Below are positions 10,460 through 16,488 of a stretch of DNA of 24,000 nt, one piece after another. Source of the stretch: Rhodospirillaceae bacterium SYSU D60007 (GTDB taxonomy: Bacteria; Pseudomonadota; Alphaproteobacteria; Reyranellales; Reyranellaceae); contig QOCQ01000005.1 of NCBI GenBank assembly GCA_003574685.1, positions 136,127 through 160,126 on the forward strand, in the 5' to 3' direction. How positions within the stretch are numbered: position 1 is the stretch's first letter; every line of letters starts with the position of its first letter. Under the pieces are notes generated by a model. The model saw only the letters and a program-made list of their open reading frames with translations. It made no database searches and was not told where the DNA came from. The position numbers and the translations under genes are program-made.

Positions 10460-11392
10460 CTAGTTGCTGCCGCCCGAATTGCCCGAGTCGCCGCCGCTCA
10501 GATCCGGCTGGTCCTGCTGCGCGGGGTCGGCGCCGTTCTGCCCGCGCGGACCGCCGCGGAAGCGCCGGAAATGCGGGTGCCGCGGACGGAACGAACGGCC
10601 CTCGCGCGCGCCGCGGCCGCCGGCCGACGTGTCTTCAGGCGCGGCGCCTTCGGGATTTGCCGCCGCTTCACGGGTTTCCGCCGGCCCGGGCTCGCCGGGT
10701 GGCACCGCGTTTTCCGCCAGGGCTGGAGCGCCCTCAGCCGGCGGGGGGCGCTCGAACCGCTCTTGGCGGTCCTGGCGGTCCTGGCGGTCCTGCCGCTCCT
10801 GGAAGCGCTGCTCGCCCCGGGTCACGAAGTCGCGCCGGCCCCGCGGCGCAAAGCCACCTTCCTCGTCGCGCTGGCGCCGCTGCTCGTAGCGACCTTCGCC
10901 GCCGCGCCCGTCGCGCCCCTGGTAGCGGTCTTCGCCGTTGCTGTAGCCGCCCTCGCGGGCGCCCTGATAGTCCTCCGCCGGTGCGAAACCGGGTGCCCGT
11001 GGCGGGTAATCAACACTCGGCTGTGGCCCGTCGGCCGGATCCCCGCCGCCTGCCATTGCGCCTTCTCCGCCGCCGTCGCCAACACCCTGCGACGCCTCGT
11101 CGCCGGCCTCGGCTTCCTCCCATGGCTGAGGATAGCGCGGCTGCACGAAGCCGCCCTGGGCCTGGATAATCCGGAAGTAATGCTCGGCGTGCTGGTAGTA
11201 GGCCTCAGCCAGGATCCGATCGCCCGACGTGGCCGCCTCGCGGGCCAGCGTCTGGTACTTCTCGTAGATCTGGTGGGCCGTACCCCTGACCCGCACGTCC
11301 GGGCCGTTACTGTCGTAACTCTGGTTGCGATTGGGAAACTTATTGGGTTTCCCGTTGCGGCCGCGCTGCCGCCGCTGATGGTTGGGTCGCAT
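10460..11392 (-). CDS. DUF4167 domain protein with a long Arg/Gly/Glu-rich disordered tail
   Basis: The N-terminus MRPNHQRRQRGRNGKPNKFPNRNQSYDSNGPDVRVRGTAHQIYEKYQTLAREA..AEAYYQHAEHYFRI is the conserved DUF4167 block. The rest is low-complexity sequence. Its position between prmC and clpB is typical of alphaproteobacteria, by recall. Confidence 0.85.
   Translation of the reverse strand: MRPNHQRRQRGRNGKPNKFPNRNQSYDSNGPDVRVRGTAHQIYEKYQTLAREAATSGDRILAEAYYQHAEHYFRIIQAQGGFVQPRYPQPWEEAEAGDEASQGVGDGGGEGAMAGGGDPADGPQPSVDYPPRAPGFAPAEDYQGAREGGYSNGEDRYQGRDGRGGEGRYEQRRQRDEEGGFAPRGRRDFVTRGEQRFQERQDRQDRQDRQERFERPPPAEGAPALAENAVPPGEPGPAETREAAANPEGAAPEDTSAGGRGAREGRSFRPRHPHFRRFRGGPRGQNGADPAQQDQPDLSGGDSGNSGGSN
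10757..10801 (-). repeat. In-frame 9-nt tandem repeat (5 units, the central 3 identical) inside the DUF4167 gene
   Basis: + strand ccgctcttg gcggtcctg gcggtcctg gcggtcctg ccgctcctg. On the minus strand this encodes QER-QDR-QDR-QDR-QER. Confidence 0.9.
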
Positions 11393-11651
11393 TCAATCTG
11401 CCGGTCGTCGGCCGTGACGGGCGCTCGCTATCCGACATCTGTCTCCGCCCGAACCATGCACGGGCCCCGTCACGGACATCAGGGAGAGGTTCTTCGCACC
11501 GGCCAAGTCGCCGATGCTACCCTTGTCGGATGTGCTCAACCTATAGCGTCCCCCGGCGCTTGCCAACCGATTTCTCCCGCCGGGAGCCGTGTCCTTGATG
11601 GGTCGCGAGCCCATTCCGGGGTAGATTTCCACAGAAAACTGTATGCCCCGG

Positions 11652-12533
11652 CTATCCGGGACTGAGGCGGCGGGCAAGGACCACACGGGGAATGCCGCCC
11701 AAATCCTTGTGGGTGCTGACGGCGCCGAAGCCCGCATCCCGCACCAGACGGGCGACCGCGGCGGCCTGGCCACGCCCCACCTCGAGGGCGACAATCCCGC
11801 CGGGCTGCACCAGATAGCCGAGCTGGCCGACGAGGCGGCGGTAGCAATCCAGCCCGTCGGCGCCGCCGTCCAGCGCCAGCCACGGCTCGTGCTCCGACAC
11901 TTCCGGATCGAGGGTTTCGATGTCGTCACTGGGCACATAGGGCGGATTGGACACCACGACGTCAAACACCTCGGCGATCCCTTCCCCCCAGTCGCCTGAG
12001 CGGAACGCCGCGCGGCCTTCAAGGCCCAGGGCACGGGCGTTCTGGCGGGCTATCACCAGCGCGCGGGCGCTGCGGTCAACGCCAAGCCCCGTCGCCTGCG
12101 GCAACTCGTGGAGCAGCGCCAGCAACAGGCAGCCGGAGCCGACGCCGAGGTCCAGAATGCGCAGCTTCCGGCCGCGATAGGGAACGGCTGCCATCACGGC
12201 ATCGACAAGGGTTTCGCTGTCGGGCCGCGGCGTCAGCACATCCGGGGTGACCCGGAAGCGCAGGCTCCAGAACTCGCGCCATCCCAGGATGTGGGACATG
12301 GGCTCGCGCGCAAGGCGGCGTGCGGCCAGCCGCTCGACCCGCGCCACGACCCCGGCTTCCAGCGGCGCATCGCGGCGGGCGACGATTGTCTCCAGTGTCC
12401 ACCCTGTCGCCTCTGCTACCAGCAGCCGCGCCTCCAGCCGGCTCTCGGCAATGCCCGCCGCGGCGAGCCGGGCCGCCATCGCCTGTACCAGCGCCCCCGC
12501 GGTGGGCTTCGCCCCTGTCTGTTCCCCCGTCAT
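11652..12533 (-). CDS. prmC: Release-factor glutamine N5-methyltransferase PrmC (HemK)
   Basis: 293 aa with the catalytic NPPY motif (VVSNPPYVPS), the SAM-binding motif ILDLGVGSGC, and a HemK N-terminal helical domain. Confidence 0.9.
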   Translation of the reverse strand: MTGEQTGAKPTAGALVQAMAARLAAAGIAESRLEARLLVAEATGWTLETIVARRDAPLEAGVVARVERLAARRLAREPMSHILGWREFWSLRFRVTPDVLTPRPDSETLVDAVMAAVPYRGRKLRILDLGVGSGCLLLALLHELPQATGLGVDRSARALVIARQNARALGLEGRAAFRSGDWGEGIAEVFDVVVSNPPYVPSDDIETLDPEVSEHEPWLALDGGADGLDCYRRLVGQLGYLVQPGGIVALEVGRGQAAAVARLVRDAGFGAVSTHKDLGGIPRVVLARRLSPG

Positions 12534-12653
12534 GCTTTGGCAAGCTGGCCGCCCGCAGTAGCGGATGCAAGAGGCTTGCGCGGCCGGGCGCGGCGTCCAA
12601 CCCCGTCCGCGCGCCGGCCTGGCCCCGCCGGGCTCGCCCGATACAGGGTTGTA

Positions 12654-12702
12654 CCCTTAACGAAGCTCGAGCTTGTCCGTTGCAAGGGACCGCAACTTGC
12701 GG
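12654..12702. promoter_or_regulatory. Cluster of palindromes in the prmC / response-regulator divergent region (candidate operator)
   Basis: A perfect 12-bp palindrome aagctcgagctt (12663-12674) is flanked by ccctt-aacg ... cgtt-gc-aaggg. A second palindrome ccgcaa-c-ttgcgg lies at 12690-12702, 23 nt before ATG 12725. Confidence 0.3.
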
Positions 12703-12724
12703 CCTGCGGCGGACGTTGGGGTAC

Positions 12725-13078
12725 ATGGCATTGCGCGTGTTCGTTGCCGAGGACGAGGTCCTGATCGCCCTGGTCCTGCAGGATATCCTGGAAGAGCTGG
12801 GCCATTCGATCGTCGGCCCTGTGGCACGGGTCGAGGACGCCTGCCGGATTGCCCGCGAGGGCGCGTTCGAACTGGCCATCCTTGACGTCAAGCTGGCCGA
12901 CAGCGACGTCTATCCGGTAGCCGAAATTCTCCAGACCCGCGGCGTTCCCTTTGCCTTCGCTACCGGTTACGGCCGCGACAGCCTTGCGGCCGCCTTCCGG
13001 GCGCGCCCCATCCTGCCCAAGCCCTACACAGAGCCGGACGTGGCCGCCCTCATCCGGCAGATGTGTGACGCTGACTAG
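12725..13078 (+). CDS. Single-domain response regulator of the PFxFATGY ('FAT GUY', SdrG/MrrA-like) family
   Basis: 117 aa, receiver domain only. It has the acidic pocket E9-D10, the phospho-acceptor D54 (AILDVKL, nt 12884-12886), and an exact PFAFATGY motif at residues 75-82 (nt 12947-12970). The track ORF's 135-codon upstream extension has no receiver homology. Confidence 0.85.
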   Translation: MALRVFVAEDEVLIALVLQDILEELGHSIVGPVARVEDACRIAREGAFELAILDVKLADSDVYPVAEILQTRGVPFAFATGYGRDSLAAAFRARPILPKPYTEPDVAALIRQMCDAD

Positions 13079-14774
13079 TCCGCAGCGGCACGACGTTGCC
13101 GGTGCGCATGGCCACCAGCGCGGTTGCCGCCTTGCGCGCGAGCTCGTCCTGGCCGAACGGCTTTCCCAGCACGGCGCTCTCGCCGACATCGCCCAGCGCG
13201 CTGTGGTCGGCAAAGCCGGTAATGAACAGCAGGGCGAGTCCCGGGCGACGCAGCCGCGCCTGGCGGGCAACATCAGCGCCGCTCATCCCGGGCATGGCGT
13301 AGTCCAGGATCATCAGCTCGATTTCCGGCAACCGGTGCAGCATCTCCAGCGCCGCACCACCGCTGCCGGCCTCGTGCACGCGATAGCCGAGATCGCGCAG
13401 CATGGCGGCGGTAACCTCGCGCACGGGATGGTCGTCGTCGACCAGCAGCACCTGCACGCCGGCGAACTGGCCGGCAACCACCGCCGGTGGCGGCGCCTCT
13501 TCGGCACGCTCGCCGGCAGCCGCACGCGGCAGATAGATGCGCGCCGTGGTGCCCTCGCCCTCGCGCGACTTGATGCGGACGCCACCGCCTGACTGCTTGG
13601 CGAAGCCCAGCACCTGGCTGAGCCCGAGCCCCGAGCCCTTGCCGACGTCCTTGGTGGTGAAGAACGGCTCGAATGCCTTGCGCAGCACCATCTCCGACAT
13701 GCCGGTGCCCGTGTCGCTGACGCAGATGGCCACGTACTCTCCGGCGGGCGGCTCCTCGGGCCATGCCGGTGCCTGCAACGTGACATTCTCCGTATGCACG
13801 GTGAGTGTGCCGCCTTGAGTCATGGCATCGCGCGCGTTGATGGCGAGGTTGAGCACCGCCAGCTCAAGCTGTGTGGGATCGACCAGGGCGGGCCACAAAC
13901 CACGCTGCAGGTGCGTATCGATGCGGATGCGGCCACCCATCGTACTCTGCAGCAGGTCGCGCATGCCGGCCACCGAGCCGTTGAGGTCGATCACCTTCGG
14001 CTCCAGCCGCTGACGCCGCGAGAACGCCAGCAACTGGTCCGTCAGCCGGGCGCCGCGCTCAGCCGCCGTGCGCATGTAGCCCAGGCGCTGCATGAGCTTG
14101 CCGTCGACGCCGGCATTGGCCAGCCCCTTCTCCAGGAAGCCGATATTGCCCAGCACCACCGTCAGCAGGTTGTTGAAGTCGTGCGCCACGCCGGACGTGA
14201 GCTGGCCTACCGCTTCCAGCCGCTGCATCTGCCGCAGCGTGCTTTCGATCTTCTCCCGCTCCTCGATCTGGGCCACGAGCTGGCGGTTTGCAGCCGCCAG
14301 CTCAGCCGTGCGCTCCTGCACGCGCAACTCCAGCTCTTCGTTCAGCCGGCGGCTCTCGTGCTGCCGGGTTCGTCCGCGCAGGCCGGTGCGCACGGCGCTG
14401 ATCAGCGTCGTGGGATGAAAGGGCCGCTCCAGAAAGGTGACGTTGCCCAGCGCTCTCATCAGCCCGGCCGCGGCAGGATTGCGCTCGACGCCGCCGCCGT
14501 GGCTGGTCAGCAGCACAAACGGAAAGTCGGACCACGGCGGCTGCGACGCCACCCATTCGCGCAAGGGGCGAAGGTCCTGCCCGCGCAGCGCCTCCTCTGT
14601 CACCACCGCCAGGTCGGCGCCGTAGACAAGGCGCTCGACCAGTTCCGAAATGTCGACGCAGATGTCGCAGCGAAGCGCCGCCTCGCGCAGGATGCTCTTG
14701 GCGACCACGGCATCCCGGCCCCGCGGTGCGAGGATCAGCGTCCGGTCGGCCGCCGGCACTGCAAGGGTAATCAT
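13050..14774 (-). CDS. Hybrid sensor histidine kinase: N-terminal pseudo-receiver, coiled coil, HisKA, HATPase_c, C-terminal receiver
   Basis: 574 aa with H-box VAHDFNNLL, N-box LAINARDAM, G-boxes DTGTGM and GSGLGLS. The C-terminal REC domain has VDDD and ILDYAMPGM. The N-terminal domain of about 120 aa has a receiver-like beta/alpha pattern but lacks the acidic pocket and phospho-Asp (LILAPRGRDA, LAVVTEEAL). There are no TM segments. Its ATG overlaps the kaiC-like stop (ATGA at 14771-14774). Confidence 0.9.
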   Translation of the reverse strand: MITLAVPAADRTLILAPRGRDAVVAKSILREAALRCDICVDISELVERLVYGADLAVVTEEALRGQDLRPLREWVASQPPWSDFPFVLLTSHGGGVERNPAAAGLMRALGNVTFLERPFHPTTLISAVRTGLRGRTRQHESRRLNEELELRVQERTAELAAANRQLVAQIEEREKIESTLRQMQRLEAVGQLTSGVAHDFNNLLTVVLGNIGFLEKGLANAGVDGKLMQRLGYMRTAAERGARLTDQLLAFSRRQRLEPKVIDLNGSVAGMRDLLQSTMGGRIRIDTHLQRGLWPALVDPTQLELAVLNLAINARDAMTQGGTLTVHTENVTLQAPAWPEEPPAGEYVAICVSDTGTGMSEMVLRKAFEPFFTTKDVGKGSGLGLSQVLGFAKQSGGGVRIKSREGEGTTARIYLPRAAAGERAEEAPPPAVVAGQFAGVQVLLVDDDHPVREVTAAMLRDLGYRVHEAGSGGAALEMLHRLPEIELMILDYAMPGMSGADVARQARLRRPGLALLFITGFADHSALGDVGESAVLGKPFGQDELARKAATALVAMRTGNVVPLRTSQRHTSAG

Positions 14775-16288
14775 TCCTCGCTCCCCAACAGTGGAGCCTG
14801 TGTGCCAACATAGGCCGGCACGCCGCGCAGCACGCCCTGGAACGCCTCCAGCGGGGCACCCAGCCTGACGCCGCCCTTCCTGATGCGGAACTCGCGCAGC
14901 GTGTTCTCGTGCGGACCCGTGCGCTTCTTGAGTACGGAAATGGCCCGGCGCACTTCGCCCATCGCTTCGAAAAATCGCAGCAGAATGACCGTGTCCGCGA
15001 GGTAGGTCACGTCGATCGGCTGATCGACGTCGCCGACGAGGCCGTGCTGGGCCACTGTCAGGAATGTCGAGGTGCCGCGGCGGTTGAGATACTGAAGAAG
15101 CTCGTGCAGATGCAGGATACCGAACGGCTCGTTGAGCATTGAGGCCTGGTAGCCGTTCAGGCTGTCGATCGCCACCATCCTGATCGTGTCGCGATCAACG
15201 CAGGTGCGTACGCGGTGGGCGAACTCGCCGGGCGAGACCTCGGCGGCATCAAGCTGCTCAATGGCGAGTCGTCCGTTCCCGTGAAACGCCTCGATGTCGA
15301 TGCCAAGCTGCCGGGCGCGCGAAAAGAGCAGTCCGATCTCCTCGTCGAACAGGAACATCGCGGCATTCTCGCCCCTGGCCATCGCTGCCGCGACGAACTG
15401 CACGAGCAACAGGGTCTTGCCCGTCCCTGCCGGCCCGATGACGAGAGTGCTCGATCCCGCGGTGATGCCGCCGCCCAGCAGTGCGTCCAGATCGCCAATG
15501 CCGCTGCTGATCACGTCACCGGCCGAGCGCTTGCGATATGGCGCCGCCACCAGCCGCGGATACACCTCCACGCCGCCGGAGGAGATCCTGAACTCGTGAT
15601 AGCCGTCGCTGAAAGCCTGGCCACGCGCCTTCACGATGCGCAAGCGGCGGCGCGCGGCACCATAAACCGGCGCCGTCTGGTCGAGATGAAGCACGCTGTG
15701 GGCAATGCTGTGCACGGCCCGGTCCATAGACTCGGCCGTCAGGTCGTCCAGCAGGATGACAGTCGAATTGTGCCGCGCAAAGTAGTGCTTGAGTCCCAGG
15801 ATCTGGCGGCGGTAGCGCAACGAGCTCTGCGCCAGCAAACGGATTTCCGACAGGCTGTCGATCACCACACGCTGCGGGCGGGTGCGTTCGATGGCATCGA
15901 ACATGCGCTGCGTCGTCTCGCCAAGCTCCAGGTCCGAAGAGTAAAGCAGGCTCTGGTGCTGGTCGGGATCAAGCACGCTTTCCGGCGGCACCAGCTCGAT
16001 GATCTCGATCAGCTCGCCCAGCTCCCAGCCATGCGAGCGAGCGCCGGCGCGCAGCTCCGGCTCGGTTTCGGCGAGGCTGACGTAAATGCCGGACTCTCCC
16101 GCCGCAGCGCCGGCCAGCAGGAACTGCAGCGCAATGGTCGTCTTGCCCGTGCCCGGGCTGCCTTCGAGCAGATGAAGGCGATTGCGGGCCAACCCCCCGT
16201 CTGCCACGGCATCAAGGCCCGCAATGCCAGTGAGCGCACGGGGAAGCGCCGTCTCGGCGTTTGTGTCGACAGATGCAGACCTGTTCAT
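14771..16288 (-). CDS. KaiC-like double-domain RecA-superfamily ATPase
   Basis: 505 aa from ATG 16288 (MNRSASVD...). It has two Walker A motifs, GSPGTGKT (nt 16139-16162) and GPAGTGKT, and Walker B-like motifs VVIDSLSE and VAIDSLNG. The KaiC CII-type C-terminal block DTVILLRFFEAMGEVRRAISVLKKRTGPHENTLREFRI is present. The track ORF's 52 extra N-terminal codons run through the predicted promoter. Confidence 0.88.
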   Translation of the reverse strand: MNRSASVDTNAETALPRALTGIAGLDAVADGGLARNRLHLLEGSPGTGKTTIALQFLLAGAAAGESGIYVSLAETEPELRAGARSHGWELGELIEIIELVPPESVLDPDQHQSLLYSSDLELGETTQRMFDAIERTRPQRVVIDSLSEIRLLAQSSLRYRRQILGLKHYFARHNSTVILLDDLTAESMDRAVHSIAHSVLHLDQTAPVYGAARRRLRIVKARGQAFSDGYHEFRISSGGVEVYPRLVAAPYRKRSAGDVISSGIGDLDALLGGGITAGSSTLVIGPAGTGKTLLLVQFVAAAMARGENAAMFLFDEEIGLLFSRARQLGIDIEAFHGNGRLAIEQLDAAEVSPGEFAHRVRTCVDRDTIRMVAIDSLNGYQASMLNEPFGILHLHELLQYLNRRGTSTFLTVAQHGLVGDVDQPIDVTYLADTVILLRFFEAMGEVRRAISVLKKRTGPHENTLREFRIRKGGVRLGAPLEAFQGVLRGVPAYVGTQAPLLGSEE

Positions 16289-16326
16289 GCGCCTGGCTTG
16301 CCTGATTGCTCGCGTCAGATGCGAAG

Positions 16327-16352
16327 AACGTCGCGTACTGCCAACCGGTTCC
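16327..16352 (-). promoter_or_regulatory. EcfG (general stress response ECF sigma)-type promoter upstream of the kaiC-like gene
   Basis: The minus strand reads GGAAC (16352-16348), a 17-nt spacer cggttggcagtacgcga, then CGTT (16330-16327). This is an exact match to the alphaproteobacterial EcfG consensus GGAAC-N16-17-CGTT. The CGTT ends 38 nt upstream of ATG 16288. Confidence 0.55.
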
Positions 16353-16437
16353 AGCCGCCAAACCGCCCCGCCCACGCCCCATTTACCGCGGGCAATCGGC
16401 GGCCCTTGTGGTGAGGGCCGAAGCAGTCGCCGGAAGC

Positions 16438-16476
16438 GCGCCACTCCAGTGGCGCCGGCGGCGTGCCAACGCCGCC
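16438..16476 (-). terminator. Two tandem GC hairpins just after the antiporter stop (possible non-canonical terminator or insulator)
   Basis: The first hairpin is ggcggcg (16457-16463) / cgccgcc (16470-16476) with a 6-nt loop. The second is gcgccac (16438-16444) / gtggcgc (16449-16455) with a 4-nt loop. Neither is followed by a U tract. Confidence 0.35.
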
Positions 16477-16488
16477 ATCATGCGCGGG

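Noticed and set aside
10397-11665. A 422-aa + strand ORF opposite the DUF4167 gene
   Set aside because: The minus-strand frame carries the conserved DUF4167 N-terminal block and a proper ATG. The + strand translation is repetitive Ala/Leu/Arg/Val with no motifs.
12320-12724. A 135-codon upstream extension of the response-regulator ORF, overlapping prmC
   Set aside because: The receiver domain begins exactly at MALRVFVAEDE (ATG 12725). The upstream part is Pro/Ala/Arg-rich shadow sequence overlapping the prmC 5' end and the palindrome-rich intergenic region.
16289-16444. A 52-codon N-terminal extension of the KaiC-like ORF in the track (start at 16444)
   Set aside because: The extension is Arg/Pro/Gly-rich, has no KaiC homology, and runs across the predicted GGAAC-N17-CGTT promoter and the hairpins. 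ATG 16288 leaves a normal-length leader before the first Walker A motif.
16457-16476. A sigma54-like -24/-12 element (minus strand TGGCACG-ccgc-cgGC) upstream of the kaiC-like gene; a similar TGGCAAG-N..-GC lies at 12537-12551
   Set aside because: Only the -24 half is good, and the -12 lacks the TTGC context. The sequence is part of a GC hairpin stem, no enhancer-binding protein gene is nearby, and such partial matches are expected by chance in GC-rich DNA.
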